This document shows, one piece after another, positions 1 to 11,712 of a DNA stretch of 64,000 nt; position 1 is the stretch's first letter, and each line of letters begins with the position of its first letter. The stretch covers positions 416,001 to 480,000 of the forward strand of contig CAWGMQ010000011.1 of NCBI GenBank assembly GCA_963823665.1, in the 5' to 3' direction. The DNA is from an uncultured Planctomycetota bacterium. Lineage in GTDB: Bacteria; Planctomycetota; Planctomycetia; Isosphaerales; Isosphaeraceae. Made by a program: the position numbers and the translations under genes. Below the pieces are notes generated by a model. It was given only the letters and a program-made list of their open reading frames with translations. It was not told the DNA's origin and made no database searches.

Positions 1-960
1 AAGGCCGCTGCCAGCCTGCTGGGTAAAACGCTGGTGACGTATCAGACTGGGCTGCAAGGCAGCCCGATCTCCAAGGTGCTCGTCACCGTCGGGCACGACA
101 TCGCCCGCGAGCTTTATCTCGGCATGGCGATCGACCGCGGTCTCCAATGTCCCGTGCTCATGGCGTCGACCGAAGGTGGCGTCGAGATCGAGACCGTTGC
201 GCACACGAATCCCGAGAAGATCTTGCGGGTGCCGATTGATGTGGGCCTGGGACTGGCTGATTTCCAGGCGCGGAAGATCTGCAAGGCCCTTGCGCTTTCG
301 GGCGACTCGGCCAAGAAGGGAGCTGTGTTCTTCAAGAACTTCGTCAAGCTCTTCCAGGATACCGATGCGTCACTGGCCGAAATCAATCCGATGATTGTGA
401 CTGCCTCGGGAGACGTTCTGGCGCTCGATTGCAAGCTCAACTTCGACGACAACGCGCTCTTTCGTCACAAAGACATCGCCGCGATGCTTGATGAAACCGA
501 GGAAGACCCGGCCGAGCTGCGTGCCAGCCGCATCGGGCTTTCCTACGTGAGCCTGGACGGCGACATCGCCTGCCTGGTCAACGGGGCGGGCCTGGCGATG
601 AGCACGATGGACCTGATCAAGTATCACGGCGGCGAGCCGGCGAACTTCCTGGACGTGGGCGGTGGCGCCAACAAAGACCAGGTGCTCGAGGGTTTCCGCA
701 TCCTGCTTTCGGCCCCGCGCGTGAAGGCGGTGCTGGTGAATATCTTCGGCGGGATCATGAAGTGCGACACGATCGCGACGGCGCTTCTGGCCGCCTATAG
801 CGAGCTCGATTTCCGCGTGCCGCTCGTGGTGCGGCTTGAAGGAACCAACGTCGAGCTGGGCAAGAAGCTCATCAAGGAAAGCGGCCGCCCGATCGTGACG
901 GCCGACGGCCTCGCCGACGCGGCGAAGAAAGTGGTGGCAGCGTCCAAGGGGGCGGCGTGA
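1..960 (+). CDS. sucC: Succinyl-CoA synthetase beta subunit (5' end outside window)
   Basis: Frame open from base 1. Motifs [52 protein letters not shown]. Followed by sucD. Confidence 0.97.
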   Translation, partial: KAAASLLGKTLVTYQTGLQGSPISKVLVTVGHDIARELYLGMAIDRGLQCPVLMASTEGGVEIETVAHTNPEKILRVPIDVGLGLADFQARKICKALALSGDSAKKGAVFFKNFVKLFQDTDASLAEINPMIVTASGDVLALDCKLNFDDNALFRHKDIAAMLDETEEDPAELRASRIGLSYVSLDGDIACLVNGAGLAMSTMDLIKYHGGEPANFLDVGGGANKDQVLEGFRILLSAPRVKAVLVNIFGGIMKCDTIATALLAAYSELDFRVPLVVRLEGTNVELGKKLIKESGRPIVTADGLADAAKKVVAASKGAA

Positions 961-1099
961 GAGTGAGAGGTGCGCAGGACCTCGCCGATGTCATCGGATT
1001 GATACGTCAGAACAAACTGACTGGTGATTTCGCAACGCACATGGACAAGTCACTCCGTGGTGAGTATCGCAAATTAGTGAAAGCAATCCGGGAGGATAA

Positions 1100-1981
1100 A
1101 TGAGCATTCTGGTCGACAAGAACACGCGGCTGATCTGTCAGGGCATCACCGGCAAGGCCGGGGCGTTTCACTCGGAACAGTGCCAGGCTTACGGCACGAA
1201 CCTGGTCGGCGGCATCACGCCCGGCCGGGGCGGGACCACGACGCTGGGCGTGCCGATTTTCGACACGTGCGCCGAGGCCGTCGCGGCCACTGGCGCGAAC
1301 GCCACCATGATCTTCGTGCCTCCGCCATTTGCGGCCGACGCCATCATGGAAGCGGCCGACGCCGGCATCAAGGTGATCGTGGCGATCACGGAAGGCATCC
1401 CGGTGGTCGATATGGTGCGTGCCGTTGCCTACCTCAAAGCCCATCACCCCGCTGCGCGGCTGATCGGACCGAATTGCCCGGGGATCATCACGCCGGGGGC
1501 CTGCAAGATCGGCATCATGCCGGGTTATATCCACAAGCCGGGGCGCGTCGGCGTGGTCAGCCGATCGGGAACGCTCACCTACGAAGGCGTGTGGCAGCTC
1601 ACGAGCCTGGGTATCGGACAGAGTACGTGTGTCGGCATCGGCGGCGACCCGGTCAACGGCACGAGCTTCGTCGATACGCTCACGCTCTTCGAAGCCGACC
1701 CCGATACCGACGCCGTGCTGATGATGGGCGAGATCGGCGGCAATGCCGAGGAACAAGCGGCGGCACTCAAGGCGTCGGGCAAGTTCACCAAGCCCATCGC
1801 CGCGTTCATCGCGGGGCAGACCGCGCCGCCTGGTAAGCGCATGGGACACGCCGGCGCGATCATCTCGGGCGGCTCGGGCAAGGCCGAGGACAAAATCGCT
1901 GCTCTCGAGGGCGCCGGAATCCGCGTGGCCAAGAGCCCGGCCGACATGGGTAGCACCTTGCAGGCGGTCCTCAAGGGGTGA
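1100..1981 (+). CDS. sucD: Succinyl-CoA synthetase alpha subunit
   Basis: [35 protein letters not shown] and the phospho-His motif MGHAGA. GGAGG RBS upstream. Confidence 0.98.
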   Translation: MSILVDKNTRLICQGITGKAGAFHSEQCQAYGTNLVGGITPGRGGTTTLGVPIFDTCAEAVAATGANATMIFVPPPFAADAIMEAADAGIKVIVAITEGIPVVDMVRAVAYLKAHHPAARLIGPNCPGIITPGACKIGIMPGYIHKPGRVGVVSRSGTLTYEGVWQLTSLGIGQSTCVGIGGDPVNGTSFVDTLTLFEADPDTDAVLMMGEIGGNAEEQAAALKASGKFTKPIAAFIAGQTAPPGKRMGHAGAIISGGSGKAEDKIAALEGAGIRVAKSPADMGSTLQAVLKG

Positions 1982-1989
1982 GGGCAGAG

Positions 1990-2568
1990 ATGAGCACCCG
2001 ACCAGACTGCACACACCCGGCCAACCCCTGGAAGACGCTCTCGAGCCGGGCTACGTACGAAAACCCCTGGATCGCCGTGCGAGAAGATCAGGTGATTCGC
2101 CCGGATGGATTACCCGGTATCTACGGCGTCGTCCACTTCAAGAATCGCGCTGTCGGTGTCTTGCCTGTCGAGCGGGATGGCACCATCTGGCTGGTCGGGC
2201 AATACCGCTATCCGCTCGCAGCCTATTCGTGGGAGATTCCCGAGGGAGGGTGCCCCGAGGCGGAATCGCCGGAAGAGACCGCCAGGCGCGAGCTGCGAGA
2301 GGAGACCGGGCTCGTGGCCTGTCGGATCGAGCTGGTGGCAACTTCGCATCTCTCGAACTCGGTCAGCGACGAGCTGGGCTACGTCTTTCGCGCCACGGAG
2401 CTAGAGCAAGGTGCCGACGAGCAGGAAGGGACCGAGCGGATTGCCGTGCGGAGAGTTGCTTGGGATGAAGGCTGGCGGATGTACAAGGCGGGCGAGATCA
2501 CGGATTCACTGAGCGTGATTGCCATTCTGCACGAGGCCGTGCGGCGGCTCGAGCGGGGCTTTGAGTGA
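1990..2568 (+). CDS. NUDIX hydrolase (ADP-ribose pyrophosphatase-like)
   Basis: Nudix box [22 protein letters not shown] and QYRYP motif. Confidence 0.9.
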   Translation: MSTRPDCTHPANPWKTLSSRATYENPWIAVREDQVIRPDGLPGIYGVVHFKNRAVGVLPVERDGTIWLVGQYRYPLAAYSWEIPEGGCPEAESPEETARRELREETGLVACRIELVATSHLSNSVSDELGYVFRATELEQGADEQEGTERIAVRRVAWDEGWRMYKAGEITDSLSVIAILHEAVRRLERGFE

Positions 2569-2639
2569 GCGATGCGAGTCCGCCTCCGTGCGGTCTCGTA
2601 TCCCCTTGACGTGGCTCTTGGAACTGCACGTTAATGCGA

Positions 2640-3762
2640 TCAGTAGCTTGGCTTCAGGTCGCGAACGACTTTCCACGCGGCGCGAACCGGGCGGCGGGCG
2701 GGTTGTGAGTCTTTCGAGAGCGCCAGGATCTCGTCGTTCGGGAAGTGGCGGCCCGGGCAGACGGTCTTGGTGGCAGCCAGATGCGAATGGGTTTGAACTC
2801 GGGCCTGGGCGATGTTGTAACGGTTGCTCAGATGAGCAACGAGCGCCTTGGCGGCGGCGATCTGGCGGGCGGTTGGCGGCTCTTTGTCGAGATCACCGAC
2901 CAGGCAGATGCCGATTCCGTATTCGTCGACGTCGTGAGTGCGGGCGTTGCGGCAGTGCACCCCCTGCTTCTGGTTGTTCCACCGCTGAGCGACTTCGATC
3001 TGGCCGTCGCCGCTGCCGTTGCCGTTGCCGATGACGAAGTGGTAGCCGCAGCCGTCGATTCCCAGGATCTTGCGGTGCTCAGCGTCGATCTGGTCATAGC
3101 TGCCGCTTGGGGCGGCACTGTGATGCAGCACGATATACCGCCAGGGCCGATCGGCCTTGTTGGGGTAGATCAGCTCGTTGGCGTTCGAATCATCCAGGAA
3201 GGGCTTGAGCTGGTCGCTCAGGCTGGCGCGCCGAACGCGGCTGGAGTTAGTACCCGCAACTGCGCCTGGCGCGACGGGTCCGTCTCCCCAGTTCGAGGAC
3301 GGCGAAAGCAACGTTGTCGGGCCTGAAATGGGTGGGCCTGACCCTGCCCCGCGCTGCGCCGAGCGGCTTGGGCGGAGGAGGAGGACTGGTCTTGTCGTCG
3401 AGGGTTGAACTGGTTTCGTCGAACGGGGGCTCGCCCAATCTCGATTTCGCCTTGGGCTCGACTTTCGAGTTTACCGTGCCGGATCCTGAGCGGCTCGGCA
3501 TCGGAGTGGTTGAATCCAGCATCGAGGGCTCGGACGACGGTACGGATGTGACCGGCGGCAGGTCGGACTCCTCGGTGACCGTAGCGGCGGGCCCGCAATT
3601 CTTGCACGGGGTCGAAACCGTTGCCGGTGAAGTGTAGACAGGGCGATACGAAGTGCGGCGGCCTGAGCAGCCTGTGAGCGCCGCGGCCGCGAGCAGGGTC
3701 GCACCGACCCAGAGCACCGTTCGTGGGCGCACCACGAGCGCGGCCATCGTTTTGAGGGCCAT
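2640..3762 (-). CDS. Lipoprotein N-acetylmuramoyl-L-alanine amidase (Amidase_2/PGRP-like), apparent frameshift near 3330-3350
   Basis: ORF 3247-3762 has a lipobox (LTGC) and a Pro/Ser-rich linker. ORF 2640-3311 has IVLHHSA, GYHFVIGNG, IGICLVG and H...CPG Zn ligands. Confidence 0.8.
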
Positions 3763-4308
3763 TGAGAGTCTCCTTGCCAGTTGGAACTGCCGTCCGACAT
3801 CCCGGGTCGGAAGTCAACAGGTACAGAACGCAAGCGGGATGCCGAACCGTGAATCGATCCTTTCATGACGATCGATCCAGAATCCTGGCTTTCGACTCAA
3901 GTCTACACGCCGTTTGGCCGAGCGGCGGATCTCGAAATCATTTTTTTGAGAATTCCTCAAGTTCGCGCCGCAGAGTTCCGCAACGATGTTTGTCAAAATT
4001 GCAACGCCTCGGCAGGAAAGTGTACAGTTGTAAGCAGAGCCATCTCCGACCGTGCTGATTGCGAGGGTCGCGACGGACTGCAGGATCTCGACCATTCGGG
4101 TGGGGCGGACTCGAGCAGATGTGCGGATTTCGCGGCTACCGTTCCGGCGGGAAATCTGGCGTCGCGCAGACCGAATCGTTATCCTGAGATGCCGACACGT
4201 GTGAGGTTGGACTGCCCCCGAACCCGCGGCGGGCTTTTTTTGTCAACGGAGCAGCCAGCGGGGTCAGGCGAAGTCACCCGTCACGGCCGGAGATCGAGAT
4301 CCAGACCG

Positions 4309-7096
4309 ATGCCCGCGTATCACCCTCAGCGTATCGAACCGAAGTGGCAGCTCGAGTGGGAGCGAAACAAAACCTTCCGCGCCATCGATCTCGATCCCTC
4401 TCGCCCCAAGATTTACGTCCTCGACATGTTTCCGTACCCCAGCGGCGCCGGGTCTCCACGTGGGCCATCCGGAGGGCTATACCGCCACGGACATCTATTG
4501 CCGCTACAAGCGAATGCGGGGGTTCAACGTCCTGCACCCGATGGGCTGGGACGCCTTCGGCCTGCCCGCCGAGCAATACGCCGTTTCGACGAATACGCAT
4601 CCGAGAATCACGACACAAACGAACATCGATACATTTCGCCGCCAGATCAAGTCGCTCGGGTTCTCGTATGACTGGGACCGCGAGATCGATACGACTGATC
4701 CCGGCTATTACCGGTGGACGCAGTGGATCTTCCTCAAGATCTATGACACCTGGTACGACCCCGACTTCGAGTGGACCGACTGGCACGGACCGAACACGCC
4801 GGGGAAAGGGTCGGCCCATTGCCGAGCTGCCCATTCCGCCGGGCACTGCCGACCCGGAAGCTTATCGCGATTCAAGAAGGCTGGCGTACCGGCGCTCGTG
4901 CCGGTGAACTGGTGCCCGGAGCTTGGCACCGTGCTCGCGAATGAGGAAGTGATCGACGGCAAGAGCGAGCGCGGCGGGTTTCCCGTCATCCGGATGCCGC
5001 TCACGCAATGGATGCTGCGCATCACCGCGTATGCCGAGCGATTGATCGAAGAGCTCGACGAGGTCGACTGGCCGCGCCCTATCATGGACATGCAGCGCAA
5101 CTGGGTCGGACGCAGCGTCGGCGCCGAAGTCGACTTTCCCATCGATGCTGGCGGCGGCCGGCAGATCATGGCCGAGGGCTATCGCGCCTGGTCCGAGACA
5201 GCGAGCCCGGATGTGATCCGCGTCTTCACGACCCGCCCCGACACGCTCTTCGGCGCCACGTACATGGTGCTCGCGCCCGAGCATCCGCTGGTCGACCGCC
5301 TTACGACTCCGGAGCAAAAGGCCGCGGTCGCCGCTTATCGCGAGCAGGCCGGGCGAAAGAGTGAGATGGACCGCACCAGTCTGGCCAAGACCAAGACGGG
5401 TGTGTTCACGGGCGGCTTCGCGATCAACCCCGTCAATGGGGAATCGATTCCGGTCTGGATCGCCGACTATGTGCTGATCACGTATGGAACCGGCGCGATC
5501 ATGGCCGTACCGGGACACGACGAGCGCGACTTCGAGTTCGCGCGTGCATTCGACTTGAAGATCGTCCGGGTGGTCGCGTCGCAGTCTTCCGGCGCGGCGG
5601 CGCCGCTCGAAGAGGCCGAGCCCGAGGCCGGCATCTCGGTGAATTCGCGGAACGCGGAGATCGCCCTCGACGGCATGCCCACCGCGGATGCGAAAACGGC
5701 AATCACCGGCTGGCTCGAGAGACGCGGGCTCGGCAAGAAAACGGTGAATTACAAGCTGCGTGATTGGCTGTTTTCGCGACAGCGATACTGGGGCGAGCCG
5801 TTCCCGGTTGTGTTCGATGCGGACGCGCGGCCGCAGTGCGCTTGCGGAATCGGAGCTTCCCGTCCGTTTGCCCGATCTCGCAGACTTCAAGCCGACCGGG
5901 AAGCCCGAGGCCCCGCTCAGCAAAGCTAGAGAATGGGTGCGCTACTCCGAGACGCTCGAGCGCGAGACCAACACGATGCCGCAATGGGCCGGATCGTGCT
6001 GGTATTATCTGCGCTTCCTCGACCCGAAAAACGACAAGGCGGCGTGGGATCCCGAGAAAGAGGCGTACTGGATGCCGGTTGACCTCTACATCGGAGGGGC
6101 CGAGCACGCCGTACTCCACCTGCTCTACAGCCGGTTCTGGCACAAGGTGCTGTACGACCGCGGACCTCGTGAGCACGCCCGAGCCGTTTCGCAGGCTGAT
6201 CAACCAGGGGATGATCCTGGGTGAAACCGAATTCACGGGCCATCGCGACGAAAAGGGGAACTGGGTTTCGACGGACGAGAGCGGCCGAGCCGGCGTCACA
6301 TCCGTCAAGCTCTCGGAAAGCTCAGGTCACGAAGAAGGGCGAGGGCTTCGTGCTCACCGAGAACCCGAGCATTCGCATCGAGGCGCGTGCTCACAAGATG
6401 TCAAAAGCGCGTGGCAACGTGATCAACCCCGACGCGATCGTCGCGGAATACGGCGCCGACAGCTTGCGGCTTTATGAGATGTTCATGGGCCCGCTCGAGG
6501 CCGTCAAGCCGTGGAGCATGAAGGGCGTCGAGGGGGTCTACCGGTTCCTGGCCAGGGCGTGGCGCATGATCGTCGACGCCGAGGCCGAAGCGGTGAAGCT
6601 CGATGCTCGCGTCGTGTCGCAGGAGATTACGCTCGAACAGGCCAAGGCCCTTGCTCGCACCGTCGCATCGGTCACTGAAGATTACGAGGCGCTGCGATAC
6701 AACACTGCGATCAGCCGCTTGATGGAGTTCGTCAATTTCTTCACGGGCAGGAGACACGCCCGAACAAGGCGATGCGAGACGTTCACACTCTTGCTTGCCC
6801 CGATGGCGCCTCATATCGCTGAGGAGCTCTGGCACATCCTGGGCAACACGAATTCTCTGGCATACGAGCCGTGGCCGGCCTTCAACCCGGCGCTTCTGGT
6901 GGAAGACCAGCTCGAGATTCCGGTGCAGGTCAATGGCAAGCTCCGAGGGCGAGTCGTCGTGCCGGCTGATTCAGACAACGCGGGAGTCGAGCGGCTTGCC
7001 CGTGAAGACTCACGCATCGCAGCCGTCCTGGACGGCAAGACCGTTCGCAAAGTCGTGGTGGTGCCGGGCAAGCTGGTCAATTTCGTCGTGGGCTAA
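4309..7096 (+). CDS. leuS: Leucine--tRNA ligase, split by several apparent frameshifts
   Basis: [31 protein letters not shown] (HIGH motif), [12 protein letters not shown] editing domain, [35 protein letters not shown] and QVNGKLR occur in order across consecutive frames. Confidence 0.96.
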
Positions 7097-7116
7097 AGCG
7101 GGCCTCGAGGCAGGGA

Positions 7117-10024
7117 ATGACTCGGTCGCACTACCTTGTCGGGATCGATCTGGGCACGACCAACTGCGCGGTCGCGTACGTGGATACGCACGGCCGCGAA
7201 CGCCCCGCGGCGGATATCCGCAACTTCCCGGTGCCGCAGCTTGTTGCCCCGGGAGAGACGGCGCCGCGCGCGATGCTGCCCTCGTTCCTGTACCTGCCAG
7301 GCCAGCACGAGCTTCCGGCGGGCGCAGCTCGGCTTCCATGGAGCAACCAGGCCGAACACATCGTCGGCGAATTCGCGCGGATCCAGGGCGCGAAGGTTCC
7401 CGCTCGCAGCGTCTCGAGCGCCAAAAGCTGGCTTTGCCATCCAGGTATCGACCGCGAAGCCGCCATTCTTCCGTGGGGCAGCCCGCCCGAGGTGAAGAAG
7501 GAGTCTCCGGTCGAGGCGTCAGCCGACTACCTGCGGCACATTCGAGACGCGTGGAACCATACATTCGCTGAAGAAAATGCCTCGATGCGGCTTGAAGAGC
7601 AGGAAGTGGTGCTGACCGTGCCAGCCTCGTTCGACGAGGCGGCGCGTGAGCTGACGCTCGAGGCTGCGAAGCGCGCCGGGCTCAAGTCGGTCACGCTGCT
7701 CGAAGAGCCGCAGGCGGCGTTTTACTGCTGGATCGTCTCGCACCAGGACCGCTGGCAGAAGGAAGTGCGTGCCGGCGAGCTGATCCTGGTCTGCGATATC
7801 GGCGGCGGCACGACGGACTTTAGCCTGATCACAGTCGTTGAAACGCCGACCGGGCCGGGGTTCCGCCGTGTCGCTGTGGGCGACCATCTGATGCTCGGGG
7901 GCGACAACATCGATCTGGCGCTCGCTCACCACGTCGAGAAGAAGCTGGGCGGAGCGCGGCTCGATGCCGACCAGTGGAGCGCATTGCGCTCGGCTTGCCG
8001 CACGGCCAAAGAGAAGCTGCTGGGCGAGGAAACGCCGGGTCTCGAACGCTGGCCAGTGACCATTGCGGGCCGTGGGTCGAAGCTGATCGGTGGCAGTCTG
8101 CAGGCCGAGCTATTGCGAAACGAAGTCGAGGCCATCGCGGTGGACGGTTTCTTCCCGATGACCCACCGGGATGAGATTCCCGACCGTGGGGCCCGATCAG
8201 GCATGCAGGAATTTGGGCTTCCGTTCGTGGCCGATCCGGCCGTACCCAAGCATTTGAGCCAGTTCTTGCGCCGGCATCGGGCCGAGGCCGGGGTGACGCA
8301 CCACACAGAGTCGAGCGGCCCGGATGGACCTGATGCCCTTGACCGGCCGGCACGGCCCGACGCGATCCTTTTCAACGGCGGGGCGCTCACGCCCGAAATC
8401 GTGCGGCGGCGGATCGTCGAGGTGATCACTGCCTGGTTCGCCGGCGAGGACGGACCGCCTTATGCTCCGCGCGTGCTGACCAACATCTCTCTCGATCTAG
8501 CCGTGGCCCAGGGCGCCGCATATTACGGCGTGGTGCGGCGCGGCGAGGGCATTCGGATCGGAGGCGGAACCGCCCGGTCTTTTTACGTGGGCCTCGAAAC
8601 GACCCAGACCGAGAATCCCTGGCTCTGCGTGGTGCCGCGCGATTCGCAGGAGGGCGAAGAAATCACGATCGCGGGTCATGATTTCGACCTGCTCATGGGG
8701 CAGCCGGTGGTTTTCCCACTGGCTAGCAGCTCGGTGCGGCCCGATGATAAGCCGGGTGACCTGGTGCGCGCCGATCCCGACTCGATTCGCGAGCTGCCGC
8801 CGCTCCAGAGCTTGATGCGGGTTAGCCGCAAGGCCAGGGCGGAGCGAGCGCCGGTGAGCCTGGCGGCGCGGGTCACGGAGGTCGGCACGATCGAGCTCTG
8901 GTGTCAGTCGCGGAACGACGAACGGCGCTGGCGGCTCCAGATCCAGCTTCGGGGCCCGTCAGGGCAGCTCACGCCGCGCGGCAGCGTGACGGGCGACGAA
9001 TCCGATCTGGTCGTGATCGAACAATCCGAGCTTGACGCCGCGATCGAGGCGATCAACACGGCATTCGAAGGACGGCCGGCCCCGGTGGTGAGCGCCGCGC
9101 CGCCGTCGGCGAGCGAAGATACTGGTCCCGCGCGGCTGGTGAAGCGGCTCGAGGAGACTCTGGACCTGCCGCGCGACGCGTGGCCGCCCTCGGCGCTGCG
9201 AACTCTGTGGGACCCGCTTCTGGCCTGCATGGAGAAGCGGCTGAAGGGCCCGCGACACGAGTCGCGCTGGTTCAATCTGGCGGGGTTCTTCCTGCGACCT
9301 GGGCGCGGCTATCCTCTTGACGAGATCCGGATCAAGGCGCTCTGGTCGATCTTCCATCAAGGGGTGAAGCATATCAAGGATGTGCAATGCTGGGCCGAAT
9401 GGTGGATTCTCTGGCGGCGGGTCGCGGCGGGACTCGCGCGAGCCGCACCACGAGGAGATCTACCGGCGGCTGGCCCCGTTCCTGCTGCCGGCCAAGGGGT
9501 CAAGCCCCGCGAAGAAGGCGGGAAGACCCAAGCCCGAGGGCCACGAAATGGCCGAGATGTGGCGGTGCGCTGCCAGCCTCGAACGAGTCTCACCCGACGT
9601 CAAGGAATCGCTGGGCGACGCTCTGGTCAAGGAGCTTGCGCACGGGTCGCCGGGTGCCCACGTCTACTGGTGCCTCGGCCGGCTGGGCGCTCGCGTGCCG
9701 CTCTACGGACCGGCAAATACAGTCGTTCGCAAGGAGGCAGCCGAGCGCTGGACATGCGAGCTGCTCGAACATGCCTTTGCGGCCGGGCGAGAGACCGGCG
9801 ACGCCATCTTCGCGCTCGCGCAACTGGCGAGAGTGGCCAACGACCGCGCCCGCGACCTGGAGGATCCGCTCCGGCAGAAAGTAATTTCGCGTTTGACCGA
9901 TCTCGGAGCCGACGAGAACGAACTGAAGCCCGTTCGCGAATATCACGAGCTGGAATCAGCCCAGCAGGTCCAAGCGCTCGGAGACTCGCTGCCGATCGGG
10001 TTGAGGCTCGTGAGGGAGGGGTGA
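7117..10024 (+). CDS. Hsp70/DnaK-family protein with extended C-terminus (DUF3731-like), frameshift near 9440
   Basis: GIDLGTTN, TVPASFD, EEPQAA, DIGGGTTD, LGGDNID. The C-terminus continues in ORF 9380-10024 (LGRLGARVPLYGP). Confidence 0.88.
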
Positions 10025-10190
10025 GGTTGAGCAAACCTCACCTCAGCAGGCACGGCTCAAGGAACACCGTCGCCCGGTGCGGCTGGCTCGTCGAACTCCG
10101 AATCGCCAGAAACCGGAGTGTTCGCGACGAACATTCTCATTTCGTCCACGACCACCGCCGTGACGACAAGCCCCACCAGCAGCACCCGCG

Positions 10191-11003
10191 TCAGCTCGCG
10201 CGCCCAGCGGGGGAGCCGGCGCACGGCGGCAGCTCGGGTAGCCAGGCGACGAGCGGGCTCGCGAACAGAACGATGGCATGCGTCGAGCTCAGCTCACCGA
10301 AGAATCGGCCGGCGACGACTAGTGAGTAGAACAGCACGATCGCCGTGCCGAGTGGGCGAGCGCCGCGCGATGACCACCGGAGCGTGAGTGTCGTAGCGAT
10401 CAATCCAGCAACCGCGCCCGCAAGCGCCAGCGTCGCCTGGCCGCCACTCAGGTACCCAGAAATCATGATGGCCAGACCGGCGCCGGCGCACGAGATCGCG
10501 AGACAAATCGCCGGTGATACCCCCCCTACCCTCGCCGACAACAAGTTCAACAGAGCCGACACCGCGATCAGCGCCGCCGCGAGGCCACCCAGGATCTGCA
10601 ACGCCTGGGCGGTCGACCAATCGGCGGTGCCGGGACCGGCCTGGTCGGTGATGTAACTGGTGCCGTGCAGCAGAATCGGAGCGACACACGCGGCGAGAGC
10701 GGCGCGTAGAACCCAGACCAGCGGCCGCGGCACACGGTGGAACGCCCCGACCAGCTCAACCAAGACGGCCGCAGGTAGCACCACGAGGAGCAGACGGTCC
10801 AGATCTTCGACCAGCCGCCAGTGCGGCACTTTGCCCAACAGACAGCAGCCGAGCAGGGAACCCGCGGCTGGCCCCACCACCCAGCCGATGTCGACTCCGG
10901 CGGTGCCAGTCTTTCGGCCGCGCCAGCCGAAGAGGACGAGCATCACCGCCGAAGCCGCCAGTGCGGCGCCGATGGCCGACAAGATCGAAAGCGGATCAGG
11001 CAT
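10191..11003 (-). CDS. Multi-pass membrane protein of unknown function (3' end may be frameshifted and extend to about 10043)
   Basis: About 8 hydrophobic segments. Directly downstream of the YceI gene on the same strand. Confidence 0.65.
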   Translation of the reverse strand: MPDPLSILSAIGAALAASAVMLVLFGWRGRKTGTAGVDIGWVVGPAAGSLLGCCLLGKVPHWRLVEDLDRLLLVVLPAAVLVELVGAFHRVPRPLVWVLRAALAACVAPILLHGTSYITDQAGPGTADWSTAQALQILGGLAAALIAVSALLNLLSARVGGVSPAICLAISCAGAGLAIMISGYLSGGQATLALAGAVAGLIATTLTLRWSSRGARPLGTAIVLFYSLVVAGRFFGELSSTHAIVLFASPLVAWLPELPPCAGSPAGRAS

Positions 11004-11038
11004 GATCCGGCTCCGCGATTGATCGGATCAAAGCGGTA

Positions 11039-11617
11039 TTATCTCTTCTTCGTCGCTTCGAGCCCGACCGAGACCTGAACTTCGTCGCCGAGCATCTTCA
11101 TGGTCTTGGCGATGCCGAAATCGGTTCGGTTGATCGTGAAGTCTCCGTAAAACCCGATTTTCGTACCGGCGCGGGGATCGTTGATGGTTTTGCCGCCTTT
11201 GAGAGTGAGCGTGATCGGCTTGGTTTCCCCGTGCAGCGTCAGATCGCCGGTCACCTCGTAGCCGCCGTCGGCAGCCGGCTTGACAGCGCTGCTTTTGAAC
11301 GTGATGGACGCAAACTGCTTGGCGTTGAAGAAATCCGGGCTCCGCAGATGGGTGTCTCTGCCTTGATTGTTCGTGTCCACGCTCTGGGTCTTGATCGCGA
11401 AGTCGAACGAGCTCTTGGCCGGGTCGGCTGAATCGATCTTCAACGTGCCGGAAAAGCTATTGAAGCGGCCGTGAACATAGCTCAGACCCATGTGCTCGAT
11501 CTTGAAGCTGACGCTCGAGTGCGCGACGTCGACGGCGAAATCATCGGCCGCGGCAAATCCGCCGAATCCGAGAAAAAGAACGACGACTGCAGTGGCCTGA
11601 GAAAGGAAGGATCGCAT
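11039..11617 (-). CDS. YceI-family lipid/polyisoprenoid-binding protein
   Basis: Signal peptide, VDVAHSSVSF, GRFNSFSG, RDTHLRSPDFF, GDLTLHG, INRTDFG. Confidence 0.93.
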   Translation of the reverse strand: MRSFLSQATAVVVLFLGFGGFAAADDFAVDVAHSSVSFKIEHMGLSYVHGRFNSFSGTLKIDSADPAKSSFDFAIKTQSVDTNNQGRDTHLRSPDFFNAKQFASITFKSSAVKPAADGGYEVTGDLTLHGETKPITLTLKGGKTINDPRAGTKIGFYGDFTINRTDFGIAKTMKMLGDEVQVSVGLEATKKR

Positions 11618-11712
11618 GTTGAAAGGCTCCCATGGGTGAAAAAGCAGGATACCGGCAGAAAACAATCACCGGGAATCCCGTGCTGAAAAGTGAGTCGATT
11701 GAACCAGCGGGC

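Noticed and set aside
3770..4308. T-box or attenuator upstream of leuS (short GC hairpin plus T7 at about 4222-4241)
   Set aside because: No T-box consensus or specifier stem is recognisable, and the hairpin is only about 4 bp.
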